Shown here one piece after another: positions 24,644 to 37,950 of a stretch of 64,000 nt of DNA. The stretch is taken from the NCBI GenBank assembly GCA_965644265.1, contig OZ286468.1, positions 54,126,001-54,190,000 on the forward strand, given 5' to 3'. How positions within the stretch are numbered: position 1 is the first letter of the stretch; each line of letters starts with the position of its first letter. The notes beneath the pieces are model-generated. The model was not told the DNA's origin. It made no database searches and was given only the letters and a program-made list of their open reading frames with translations. The translations under genes were made by a program, and so were the position numbers. This stretch comes from Glycera tridactyla. Taxonomy: Eukaryota.

Positions 24644-27600
24644 GTAAGTACGCAGTTCTTTTGACATTATGAAATATGCGTGAAAATATTCTTTAAAACT
24701 TGATTCAATGTGACGTACGTGTAAGCTGAAATTGGTGATGAATAGCTTAATTCTCCGAAAGTATTCAAAACATTTTCTCATATTATGTAATATTAGGCCA
24801 GTTCACCGTTGCCAACTTTCCAGTAAAGATTAGCTCATTGCTGTTAAATCTGTGTGTAAATAGATAGCATGGGATATGTTGCTGACAAATTCATCTTTTT
24901 GAATGATCATTCATATGAGTACCAATCAACAAGCAATACAGTACTCTTCAAGGTCCACAATAATGTTTAAGGCAATTATTGATATACTCAACTACATCAT
25001 TGCTGCAGTTGTAATGCCCATCAAAATGTGGCACATGATGGAAAAATTGTGAATGATCATTCTTCATATTCTTCTGCAGATTGATGATATAGATGTAGGC
25101 TTTCTTGACATCTATTAGTCTTCTTTCTCCTTGCCAACTATATGGGCACCTTCTGGCCGCAGCTTCCTGCAGAATCAGCTCATCTTCACATTTCTGCATA
25201 TTCATCTAATCTCCACTTGCATGACAATCTCAGTATGAAACACCTTGCTGTATAGGGACTGGGGTGCCATTAGGATCTGTGTAAGAATCAAAATATTGGG
25301 AAATATAAAGTTGTGATATCTGTTTGAGGGCATTTATTGTGTATATCATCTATTTTATCTGTATTGTGAGTCAAGTAATTTGGCCCTGAGCTACACTGTT
25401 TCATCAGAAGATAATGGAAGTCAGTGGGAGACCTCACCATTTCTCATACATAAGTGTGTGCTGTATTTGACTTTTTATTCCCAATATCAAACTCTCCCTT
25501 TCCTTAAACCTGTAGGCACCTAGCAAGAGTTTCAAGGGCCTGACTTATGCTGAAGGAAATTATGATCCACCATTCCTGGCGATTCATTACAGCTGACCAA
25601 ATCATGTCTCAGGTTCAAGTGATCTTGAAAATGACAGGATATTGAAGGGATCTCCATCAGAGCAACTGCCTGTTTAGTCTGACTAGCAGAGAAAACATCA
25701 TTCAATTCCCCCTACTGAGGATTTCTCCATCATCAGTGTGACAAAATGTTAGTAAACATTAGCGACCGTTATCTGCAGCTGAACAGGCTGCTGGATTTTG
25801 CTTCATTCAGCATCCGAGTTTCCTCATCAGACTGACGGTCCTACATATAAAGTTGATGCTATATTCATATAATAGTGAGATGGGTCAAGAACCACTTCAA
25901 ACAGTCCGATGCGATCCTTGCTCTCTGTTGAATTGTCTTATTGCTGTACATTTCCTAATGTGATGTCTGGTGATACTTCCTGTTGGCCTCTTCACATTCC
26001 CCCTTTACTTCCCTCTTCTGTTAACATCCTGCTCATGTCTTTATTCGATACAGTGCAGCTTGCAATAAGGAACAAATCCAAAAACAAAAGACACATAACC
26101 AGTTTGTTTTGGATTGCATTCAAGAATTTGTGTAGAATACTTTCATCCATTTACCTTGTTTGAGATATGCTTTTTTTGCATTCTGATCAAGTCCACGATC
26201 ATATCAGCCCTGTCTCTATCTACTTTCTTATGGCAGACAGCACCCTTTTCCTTCAGCAGCTGTTTCAGAAGATGCTGATCTGAACCTTCTCACCATGGTC
26301 CATTAGTACAGGACCCCAGTCATCAAGTAGAATAACAAATACGATCCCAGCAAACCCTAGATTGACTAGTGACATGATTGCGTGGTAATGTGGAATTTTT
26401 CACAGAACTCACATGAAAGATGAAAGGTTTTTGAACTTCATTGGATTACATGGGACTTGAAATGTAGAACAAACGCACAACTACATAGGATGATTTTGGA
26501 ATTCATGTTTTACATTCAACATTGTTTAATGGGACAATTGCGGAGAGGAAATGAAGAAAATATCGAATTTGTTGAATTAATGCCATCTAGATCCTGTTTG
26601 TGTTTGTTGGACTGGTAGAGTATAAATTTCATAAAGATGGAAAACGCAAGAATACACACACTCATTGTTGTATTCATTGGATGACATCAACACTTTGTGA
26701 TATATATGAATCAAGAGTGATTATAACTCACATGAAAATCCATGCTAGCTTCCTCAATATGAGCTAATCCCACAAAAAAATGATGCAGACATCTTCTTTA
26801 GGATAGACCACGTTTGGAATATCGAAGTGTCACCAGATTTGCAAACTGGAAGGGCTTGCCTTAACACTATATCAAAATCTATTATTCTCGTGAACAATAC
26901 ATGGCCAGGTTGGAAATCAGAATCAGTTTGATTTTGATATCCCTAACCTGGACCGTGAATAAAGAAAATGAAAGTATTGAACAGCAACAACAAACTTATT
27001 GTCACACATCCATATTCTATCGGCAAATTTCTATTGCTGCACTGTATTGGTATTTTCTCTTCCAAGTTGAAACTAACATCTCCATCTGGTGTGCATTCAG
27101 TGTACATTATGTGTTGCTTCTCTATCAATACTCAAGCTGTCTTCTCACTTGAATCTTTCTGTCTTTTATATTTCCTTCTCTTTGCATCCTCCCCTTTGTC
27201 GGTGTATGTGTTGTGACAATTGCATTCAGTAGTCTAGTTCTATGTACAATAGTTGCAACAAATTGTGCCTAATTGTTACTAATTGTGCAAAGATTATGCA
27301 CATTTTATGCCTTCTGGAATTTGTTATTGCTGTCATGAAGACATCTGGAGGTCCATCGATTTGAGAGTTATATATATTCAATTAACTTACTGAACATGAA
27401 AATATCTTCAAAAAATCATGTGGGTGTTGGCAATCATTCTCTCATGTATCTGTCATTGTCCAAGATCCACATCCATATTGTTGTAAGAAAACTGTGGATA
27501 TCATTCACCATAGATGTTATTAAGGGTTTATTCTATCTGAAATACTTAATTAAATGAAGAGGATGGAATGTATGAACTCTCCATCAGATGCAATGGTATC

Positions 27601-28920
27601 ATGTCTGTTTTTAATCTGTGAATGATACATATTCATCCAAATGATCTACAGCTTTGTTATATTCCATAAATGCATTTTGAGTTTAGTGTTTAGTGAATAG
27701 TGTGTCTAAGGTGCATTTATTTCTCCCAGTACAGCATTTCTTTATTCTTAGATGCCCATAGACAGTTTTTTTTATTCCACTAGCAGACCCTAGAGAAAAA
27801 TGGACATTGAATATGTGTATTTTGATAAGATTTCCTTCAGTATCCATTTCGCTTTCTCCTCACCACCCTAGCATCATTTATTGAATTATTGTAGTAAAAA
27901 AAAAAAAGTTGGATGAAGATTCTTTTTTCTGTTTGATTTTTCATCATCTGTCTTCTGTTTGAATTTGGTTGTGTAGGGCACTCCCTTTTCGGCATACTTG
28001 TCTTCACTGAGCCATTTTGTCCATATACACACAGAATTTTGTCAGCATTGTCCATCTCTTCTCTGACTTTATAGTGAATGACTACTGATTTTATGTATGT
28101 GCAGATGCTCCTAGAAATATTAAGGGTGATGGCCGACTCTCAAAATTGCCTGTGCACAGAAATAATTCACACATTTGGTTGTCTGATGAGTAGCTTATAT
28201 CCCACAAGATGACTCATTCACAAAAAAAGAAATGTTGCTAAAGTTCACAGATGCCAGCAATCAGCAGATAAGATAATAATGATAATATATCTATAATAAT
28301 ATCAAATTGGGTATCTATATAGTGCTGCTCAATGCCATAGTATTATTTTTCTCTGAATCGTTCCAAATACTCCCTTATTCTGATATTTCTACTTCTGAGA
28401 TTGAAGGAGACTATCCAGTCATGAAAGACCAAACCTCAGGTACCTGATACCCCATAACTCTCAATTATGACAGTGCCTCTATACGTTACCTTAAGGCGAC
28501 CTTACCCCCATGCTGATTGAAATCAAGTCTGTTTGTGAATTTAATCTCATCTACTTATAGTACATTTTACCACTTCACCACATCAGTAACTTGTTAACAT
28601 CTAGCACAGTCCTATGTTCCTTTCCATCTCATGTAAATACTTAATAAACATACCTAAACATTAAAGACAGTCATATATTTTCATGGTGATCTCCTAATGG
28701 CCTGCACAGGTATCACAAAAGCTGGACATTGATGTAGGACGCTATAGATTAGCCATAAATTTATACACTTAGTATCCAACATCCTCTCTTTCTGTTGTCG
28801 TATGGAACTTTGTGAGGAGTGGGTTCTCTCTATCTCTGGTGATTGGTTACCATGGTTTCTAATGCATATATGTATATTGACCTGTTGCCATGGCGCTGCT
28901 GCTGATGCTGATGACAACAG

Positions 28921-29026
28921 TTATGTGAAGGGATTTCCCCCTACTCCCCCTTACATCGGGTGCAGTCCTCGTCTCTGCCATCTCCTTCGGACCAAAAAAT
29001 CACCCTGCTGCTTGCAGCTTGCCAAG
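28921..29026 (+). CDS. KCNT: KCNT/Slo2 exon 10a (putative mutually exclusive)
   Basis: gacaacag| ... aag|gtagct; [35 protein letters not shown], cf. [35 protein letters not shown]; 106 nt; phase 2-0. Confidence 0.94.
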
Positions 29027-30658
29027 GTAGCTACGGTATCTAGACTAAACCATGATGCTGTCGTTAAACATCCATTCTTGAGATCGTTTTTCGAAAAATT
29101 AATCTGTTTTACGGCCCAACATAAGAGTGACTCATGCCATATGTATTGAGAAGATTCCAGAGTTTTTCTAGGTGCTATACATTCCTAGCAAATTGAGAGA
29201 TTCTGGAGGATTTTCTAAACATTAGTGGCTGTAGTTGAGAAATGACTGTAGAGGTGATATTCATTCAATACACTAGATGATGTACTTTTCCAGAATGGTT
29301 GTGATGGTATCATACAAAGTTTGTAATCTTCCTTCGTGGGATATTCCATGAGCAACACCATTAGTACCAGTCTGCGTTTTTACCCTTTTAACACTTTTGT
29401 TGTCTGGTTTATCTCTGTAATTTTATATGTATATATACTGTAAATATCTTATTCACTGGGTTGGTTACTCTTTAGTCTATTAATTATGATCTCATTACAT
29501 GTCCTTTCTCCCATGTATGTGAATAGTAAAATCATTTCTCTTTTTCGTCTTAGATATTGTACATTTCACAGGTTCGCTTCTCTCCTCAAGATGCTATTTG
29601 ATGTACATGTTATTGATTTTGTTTCGGTTTGCTTCAGTCAGCTTCAGTGCTATTGTCTCAAGAAATTGGCATTTGCTTACTTTCAATGAGCATATCCACT
29701 TTGCACTTTTCTATTCCGCTCTGCACCCAGCTGCATCATGTGTTTGTCCTAACCGTATGTTGTCTGTGTATTTGTCAACCCAACATCATAAAAATGCATC
29801 ATCACCTCATCCTTATCTAGGGGCCTAATCAAAATCTAATATGTATTTGTGATTATCACATTTCAAGACTCTTGAGTCTGGTGCATTGTCGATTCATATC
29901 TATCAAGTATACATAGGAGCCTGTTAACAAGATCACAGCATGCAGTTGTGTTTATATATTTGCAGTCATCATCATCATGTACTTGCTGTTGTAATGCGAA
30001 TTAACAGTAGTAAAAATGATAATTTCTTTTGTTTTGGAAGTTCATCAGGCATTGTTTCTTTGTTGAAAGGTGACAAAGAATGATATAATTCAATATTTGC
30101 TGTGGCATGGAATCAGAATTTTTCACGCCTTTGTCAAATATGTTTCTTGTCTGTGGAGTAGTATGAGACCTTACTGTCTCAACCTCATCACAGTATTCAG
30201 TTGGAGACTGAAGTTATATGTGATCGTGGTAGTGTATTTCATTGCCATTTGAGATATTTTCTTACTTGCCCCTCTCCTGAAAGTGGGATACGTTACTATT
30301 TTCATATGATGGTTCAACATATTTGACCTAATTGGAGAGAGTGTTTAATTGGCTAGACAGGATCTGAAACAAAAGACTACAACCAACTGGTATGAAAACT
30401 TGATGGAACCCAAATTGGTACTGGGCAGCCATTGCATCATCAAAATTGAATGTTTCTGCCTAGAAATTCATCTCATGGCAGGATCGTGATTACTTCGCCA
30501 CATATCCACAGTTGGCTCGGCAGTGGGCATTGCCCCTACTGCCATTATCCCATTATCTTTAGAAATCAGATTATCATGACACTAGTTGTAGCATTCTGCA
30601 GGACAGCTAAGTGATAAATACTGATGGTATCTTGAATCTTGTTTGACCGTGACACCAG

Positions 30659-30764
30659 TTATGTACACGGATTTCCTCCGACCACTCCATATATCGGAAC
30701 GAGTCCTGCACTGTGCCACCTGCCACGAGAAAAGCGCCACCTATGTTGTCTTCAGCTCGCCGTG
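30659..30764 (+). CDS. KCNT: KCNT/Slo2 exon 10b (paralog of 10a, putative mutually exclusive)
   Basis: gacaccag| ... gtg|gtatac; [35 protein letters not shown]; 106 nt; phase 2-0; 25/35 aa identical to 10a; the ORF track shows only other frames here. Confidence 0.9.
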
Positions 30765-33745
30765 GTATACTCCTCTCACTTCTTTGTCTGATTTTGGTGT
30801 TTATTTTGCCTTTTTGTTGGAGACATTATACTAGTGCATGCTCTTTTTGCATTAGTCATGTAACTGACTTACCCCAAGCCCGAGGTTTTGGGTCACTCCA
30901 TGGTACTACATGCTTATGAATTATTGTTTCTCATCTTCTGCAATCTATTCAAACTCTTGGTTCTATTCAGGAATTCTGCATGTTCATACTCACTCAGTTT
31001 GATTTCATTAGTATCCTTTGGAATTTTATTGTTGGCATATTTTGCTAACAGACATTCAGTATGGCCAGATCTCTCACCTGTCAAAGATTCAGATATGCCA
31101 ATTATGACATAAATATAGAGATGTATCTAAAACTGTCATATACCACCACCAACGACCTCTCCTAGATCTGGGACATATGGCATAAGGAACCCTCGGGTTG
31201 ATACATGGAATGCCACTGAATCACCAATCATTAATCCATAGCAAGAACATATTAACAAGTGAAAGTTCATGATTATATCAATCTCAAATTCATAATTCCA
31301 TTATACATATTAAGAAAAGTCTTGGACATTTCAGGATCATTATCGGCATCTTAGAAATGAGTCACTGACACAACAAAATTTGGGAAAAGAAGTGTGATCC
31401 ATTCAGTTGGTTCAAATGCTTCAAATGTTTACATTCCGCACTTCTATTTTTTTCTGTTTCTGCTTCAGTAGAGTAATCTGTGCCAATCTTTGCACTTCAT
31501 CTTTTACAAAAAATGTGGTTTTATTCATTTTAGATGAGTTCCTTTTTCACACATTATATGTTGTTCTGCCTGACTGTTGATGAATGGTGGAGGATTTGTG
31601 ATGACAGATCAGTACTATTGATCATTGTACATACATATTAATTTAGGAACAGAACATGTTAAGGAGTATCAAAAAATAAACTCGAAGAATTACTTATGAA
31701 GCAAGATCCATGAAAGCAATTTCACTCAAGGAACTTTATTGTGTAGATTACATTATGATGCTGTCTCAATTGATGTCATTCATTGGCATTATTTCTCGTT
31801 TTGGATGGACTGGATGACTATTCTCACTCTCATCTCAGTTGGAATTAATGAATTCTAGGATAATAAGGAGAATAATCTAGGAGAATAACAATATAATTTA
31901 GAATTCATTTTTCAGTAGGCAACAAGCTCTGCTTTATTGTCCCATCATTTGTAAACTGAAGAGCTCTCTGGTATTGTGACTTTTGCTGTCATGGTGCGAA
32001 ATGAGACAGGTAATAAGACAAAACTCTTGAAGAATTGCTTCTAGTCTATTCTAGAATCCTGCATGTTGATGATTACATGCAGGATTTCTATCGGGGATAT
32101 AATGAGTATGAGCTAAGATGAAATAGTGTGACCATTGCATCACTGGTATGACTTGTATTACAGGTGGTGGTCATTGTATCTTGATCACACATGGCATTTT
32201 CATGACCGAACACCATTACTTGCTGTAGAACTCACTCCTATCTGGTAATAATGGTTCTTCTTGATAGATGTCTGGATTCACATAGATTGGAGTTGGATAC
32301 TCTAGGATTGTGGAAATGGCTTGTTTGAGTGACTGCTGGTAGAATAGCTGTTTGCTTCGATCAAATTGGATTTCCCATCGAAAATGGTATTGTTCTTGGT
32401 ACTTTTATTTCTTGAAAGCCTGATCTGTGGGTCTCAATCAAGTTGTTTCATTGAGCATCTTCATTGGAACAGCGAAAGATAATCAGAGAATATCCATTGC
32501 TCTGTTACATAAACATTTGGCTTCTCAATAAAGTTGGGAGTCAGTAGTTGGCTTCTCTTCAATTTTTCCACTGTCCATTATGGCATATCGCTGAAAAGAC
32601 AAACAGCTGACAAAATATTGCATATCACTTCACATGACCAATTTCGAAAGAGTCAATGTCTAATTATTAAGTGCATTGAGTCTTGCTGCTGATGTCTTTG
32701 GTGCAGCAATGAACTCAAATAGCATGTTAAGGCTTTCCATGGTTTGATTGGCTGTTTTATATCTGTTCAACCATAATTCGGAATATACAAAACATTGTTT
32801 TTGATAGATAACTCGAGGAAGTTGAAACAGGCGATAGTGTTGGTAGGATGGTTTGGAATTGAATCTTCTTCGTCTTTCCTCTTATACCTGTATTATTTGT
32901 TCTGTTGGTGTTTTCTTTTCATTAATGTAGTATGCCTGTGGTAGTCATTCCCACAAAAGCATGTTGTTTGCCCATTCAATATTTTCTTGTTAATCTATAT
33001 TGAGGACTTCCTTTTTGTGTAATACTGTATGATACAATATGCATAATTGTCTAATGATTGCACTGTGCATCCTGAGGTGATAGTGTGTCTGGTATGACTA
33101 TCCATTTAAAAACATAATTTGATCAATTGATACCTCTCATATATACTTAGTGGTATAACTATGATGAAATATTTTGATTGATGTGTATTGATTTTATTTC
33201 CTGATGTTTGGATTCCTGGTTGAACTGTATTATATTTTGAAGTTCAGAATCGACTGATAGTTGTGTATAAGTAAAAGGACACTATCATCATACCACCATT
33301 ATTTGTATACCAGCTAAAGCATTAAAGTAATTATATGTATTCCCATCCCCAGATTCCTGATTTCATATTGTTATTGGATGCGGTTATCTAGATTTTTTCA
33401 ATTGATTCATTTGTATAGTTCAACATCATATGAATTACGCATTATCATATTTCTTTTGCGAGTGGCTTCAAAAGTGACAGGTATATTGTCTACAGATTGT
33501 TGCTTAGTTGATATTGCTGATATACCATACCAAGATATCATTCATGTCTGATATGTAGTGTATTGGTAGCATAAGTTGAAATATAGTGGATTGTTGCATG
33601 ATTAAAGAAAAGTCTTTCTTCTCCTCATTGCGCAGTGAAGTATTGCAATATGAATAATATTAGTTGGATCATGTGTAAAAAGGTGGAATAGTAGGTTATC
33701 TAAATGTCACATGTCAGAAATGACTCAAAATATGTTTATTTGCAG

Positions 33746-33918
33746 GCTTGTGAACATTGTAAATACAAACATGCTAAAGAATACAACTGGAGTAATAGGG
33801 CAATCATTGTCGCTGCTGACTACGCCAGTAATGGATTATATAACTTCATTGTACCTCTCCGATCTCATGCTCGGCCGAAAAATATGCTCAATCCTATCGT
33901 TCTCCTATTAGAAAGCAA
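33746..33918 (+). CDS. KCNT: KCNT/Slo2 exon 11 (RCK2)
   Basis: tttatttgcag| ... aa|gtaagt; [57 protein letters not shown](K), cf. [22 protein letters not shown]...[11 protein letters not shown]; phase 0-2. Confidence 0.97.
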
Positions 33919-34625
33919 GTAAGTGCTGTTTTTTCTCATTCCAGATATTGATAGGTTATGAGGGAGATTATCATGAAATCCATTTGCATAAAAGAGAATT
34001 CATAGTATTATAAATGTGCTTGATTTGATATATTATTGCTGTGTTATAGATAGTGTTGGCAATTTGTTGCACTTTGAGAATCGATTATTGGTTAGCCTAA
34101 CTGATTGATTATCAATTATAATCGGTTTGCAACACTGGCACCACAACCACTACCTTATTTCACCAATGTTTTGTCATACATATACACAGGTGCATATAGA
34201 GCAGTCTCCTTGGGTATAGGGTTTGGAGCAAGATGACAGCATTATGACTTTACAGGAAATCCATAGCCTTTTTCATCAAAAAGGCTGGATTTTCAATTGA
34301 AATATATGTGCTGACTGTTCCGATTGAATAAATTCCACATCTCTGCAATCAATTGTCTATTTGGCTACCATGATAGATCGATAATTGGGTATCAATCGAT
34401 AATCGTGACACCACTAGTTATAGATCATCTACAGTTGTGTAGATTCAAACATAAATTAAGAAATTTCTACTTATTTCAATTTTTTAAACAATATTTCAGG
34501 ATAGTGATGATTTAGAACATAACTTCAAAGGTTGTGCATACTGATGACTGTTATCTGCTCATAATTTAAGAGTGGTATATTTGTTAACATATTTTTTGTT
34601 ACATCTCTGCTGTTTATGTTTACAG

Positions 34626-34697
34626 ACCTGATCAGAGTTTCTTGGAGACTATCTGTTATTTCCCTATGGTATATTGGATGATTGGGTCCATTGACTG
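34626..34697 (+). CDS. KCNT: KCNT/Slo2 exon 12
   Basis: tgtttacag| ... tg|gtaagc; PDQSFLETICYFPMVYWMIGSID, cf. [23 protein letters not shown]; phase 2-2. Confidence 0.95.
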
Positions 34698-35441
34698 GTA
34701 AGCGCACCCTCTGCAAGTTGAGATAGACTTAATATTGTACAAGGAGAATATTCATATGTTAATAGGCATGATACAGTGGCTGGAATTATTAAGACAATGA
34801 AGGTTAGGATGTCTATTGAGACTCATGCATTGATTGTTACAATGTGTGTTGCCAAGGATACCTAATCATTTCATCTAATATCTTTAGTAAGGCCATAGAA
34901 AATTCATTTCTCATTTCTGCCACCACAATACGGACCGCAATACGTACTTGGAAAGCTCATGTGTGATAAAAAAAAACAATGACCTGTACCAGTCAACACA
35001 GATCTTTTCTCTAGCAAATCACTTGCCAACTATATCATTCTTCTCTTCACCCACATAGACCTGCAGACATGCACACACCGGAAATGTACATGCCCTATGC
35101 ACATGCAACAAGGTGGAACTATAAAGCTATAATTTGAAATACTGCATCATAGGGATTACTTGTCTCCTTTACCTGAGTTTACAGATATAACACAATGTTT
35201 CTTTTTTGTACATGGCACAAGTTGTCTCGTGAATGATACAGATGATCTTACTTTCTTCATCAACAAGCATTTAACATCGTAGATCTCTTTCCATTTTGGA
35301 TTAAGTTGTAAGACGCATGTGAAAATGAAGCACTTTGTATATATTGTATCTGCATGGCCTTGACCTTGAGAATTCATCATTTCCCCAGGCCAATTTCCTG
35401 CAAATTCCTGCTCTCACATGTTTCTCCCACCTTGATTTCAG

Positions 35442-35576
35442 TTTGGATGATCTCCTGCGAGCAGGAATCAATCTTGTCGATAATGTGGTGATAGTGAATA
35501 AGGAAAGTTCAAACTCAGTGGAGGAAGATGCACTTTCAGATTGTAACACAATCGTGGCTGTGCAAACCATCTTCCG
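35442..35576 (+). CDS. KCNT: KCNT/Slo2 exon 13
   Basis: cttgatttcag| ... cg|gtaagt; (C)LDDLLRAGINLVDNVVIVNKESSNSVEEDALSDCNTIVAVQTIF(R); phase 2-2. Confidence 0.96.
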
Positions 35577-36033
35577 GTAAGTATTTGCATCCTCCCCTTC
35601 CTGTTTTTTTACTCCCATCAAATAGTTATTGAGATTGTTTGCCTCTTCTGTTGTGAGTTACAGGTTCTGGGGTGAGTCATATTTTGGAAAACAATTAATA
35701 TAATTTTGTATTTAGTGAAGACCAGGATCTCAAATCAGCTTTCTGTGGGGCATATGTCATATCTCTAGATGTTTGTATCATATTCGCATTCAATTACAAA
35801 GATTTTGTATCTGTGAGAAACTTTCTGTTATTGAATGTATGTGGGATAAAGATATAGATGAGTGTTATGAACCACGCAGTCATCAATGATGGTATTGCAA
35901 ACTTATTTTGATTCTATGTGAGGAATTTCAACTTAAGTATGATTCTACGTGGGGAGTTTTATTACAATTTATGATAAGTATCTTGCACTAACTTATATGT
36001 ATCAGTGAAACCATGACATTCATTTATTTCTAG

Positions 36034-36145
36034 GTTGTTCCCGAGTGCAAATATCATCACTGAGTTGTCACAAGCATCCAACATGAGATTCATGCAGTTC
36101 AGGGCAAAGGACCACTATGCTTTGTCACTTTCAAAATTAGAGAAG
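36034..36145 (+). CDS. KCNT: KCNT/Slo2 exon 14
   Basis: ttatttctag| ... aag|gtagat; [37 protein letters not shown], cf. [37 protein letters not shown]; phase 2-0. Confidence 0.97.
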
Positions 36146-36760
36146 GTAGATATTCATTCATTCATATCATGCCTACATTTTATATTCCACTATATTCCCA
36201 TGGACAGATATATATAGATAAATGAATAAATTTATAAATATATATATATATACATATATATCATTGACTATCCCAATATTGTCATCTTCGAATAAAAGTG
36301 AAATGCTCATGTCTTATATCACCTGCTTCAGTTCCATTACTTCTGTGGGAAAAATTGTTTTGGTTGTATAGTGCCTGATCTGTATGATGGTTGTTTTGCC
36401 GGCATTTTGGTCTCTGATGCTAATCCTGAGCTGTGCTGATGTTACTAATGCATCTATCCTCATCACATGGTCTCATTGATGATGTCATTAGTGGAACTGA
36501 TTTGGTTTCAGAGTAGCTTTTTATTTTCTTCATCACACAGGGAAGGCTGCTGCATGTAGAATCAGCACAAAGATAATAAAGGTGTTTTCACTATCGTATA
36601 TCTCATGTTGATTCCATGTTTTAAATTCTTTGTTACTGCAGTTACACTGTTCAATTACAATTGGAGTGGTTGTTTTGACTAATCCTAATTTTAACTTCAT
36701 ACTTCAAACTTTCCTAAATCATGTCTGACCACTACATTTTACAATGTTTTTCATTTACAG

Positions 36761-36862
36761 AAAGAGAAGGAGCGAGGTTCACATTTGTATTATATGTTCA
36801 GATTGCCATTCGCTGCTGGCAATGTCTTCAGTGCTAGTATGCTTGATACACTGCTATATCAG
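36761..36862 (+). CDS. KCNT: KCNT/Slo2 exon 15
   Basis: ttcatttacag| ... cag|gtaatt; [34 protein letters not shown]; phase 0-0. Confidence 0.97.
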
Positions 36863-37455
36863 GTAATTTCCCTCGCCTATCATAACCGTCCATTGGATAG
36901 CAACAAGCAGAATGATTAGACAAACAGAGAAACAGACTGACATACAGACAATAGTTGATCATTGTATTCGTTCTTGGTGCCAATTACTGTTCAGGATTTC
37001 TCACATTCATAGCAAATTACTGGAGGTTCTAATCTATGATTAGCTGATGATTTCATATATTATGTGAGATCATCTGCTTCATGATGTATAACCTGAACTA
37101 ACGGAACTAAAAACCTGTATCATTCTTGGAACAGATGACTTCATAATAATGTCGATAATTGTATGCTAGGATTGAATGATATGATTGCAATCAAGATCAA
37201 ATAATCTAGTGTCTCAATAGATTTCGGAATCCAGAGGTCCGCAAATGTTTTTGTAGTCTGCAACATATGATTATGACAAAGGTGGGATGCTATTGCCGCT
37301 GACACCACCATTATATTGTAGCGACCATCCATTTGCAGCGTTATTGTTGTAACTGTCATCGTTCAACAGATAGAGTGTAATCTTGACAATCATATATAAT
37401 TGTCATAACATAGCACCATTGAGACGGTGAGGATGACATGTGGTTTCTGTTTCAG

Positions 37456-37539
37456 GCGTTTGTGAAAGAATACCTGATAACTTTTGTACGCTTGCTATTA
37501 GGAATTGACCAGGCTGTTGGTTCTGGTCATCTGTCTTGT
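37456..37539 (+). CDS. KCNT: KCNT/Slo2 exon 16
   Basis: ttctgtttcag| ... tgt|gtaagt; AFVKEYLITFVRLLLGIDQAVGSGHLSC; phase 0-0. Confidence 0.96.
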
Positions 37540-37818
37540 GTAAGTATATGAACGCAATGTCCAACCTCGAATGAGAAAAGGGAGGGGGGATTGGGGTGGG
37601 AGGGACTGAAAGAGATATAGAGTGCATGTGATTATTCATTGTAACATTAGTAAAATTGTTCGTGATGCCACTATTCTATTTCACATTGAATTTGGTCGAA
37701 CTTTTAGTGTTTTTTGTTCAGACATGTGTCGACGATCGCCATAGTTTTGCTTCTTTGCTGTTATGTGGAATAAAAATAAGTATCTATATCTCTCCAATAA
37801 TCAATGTTTTCTTTACAG

Positions 37819-37950
37819 ATGAAAATTAAAAAAGAAGACTTGTGGATCCGGACATATGGCCGGCTCTACCAGAAACTTTGCTCAACCACATGTGAGATTC
37901 CAATAGGGATCTACCGCACAGAAACACAACTCTCATCTGATTCATCTTCG
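37819..37950 (+). CDS. KCNT: KCNT/Slo2 exon 17
   Basis: ttttctttacag| ... tcg|gtaagt; [44 protein letters not shown], cf. [35 protein letters not shown]; phase 0-0. Confidence 0.97.

Noticed and set aside
30643-30834. Zinc-finger-like CATCHEK peptide in the ORF track
   Set aside because: It is an alternative frame of exon 10b
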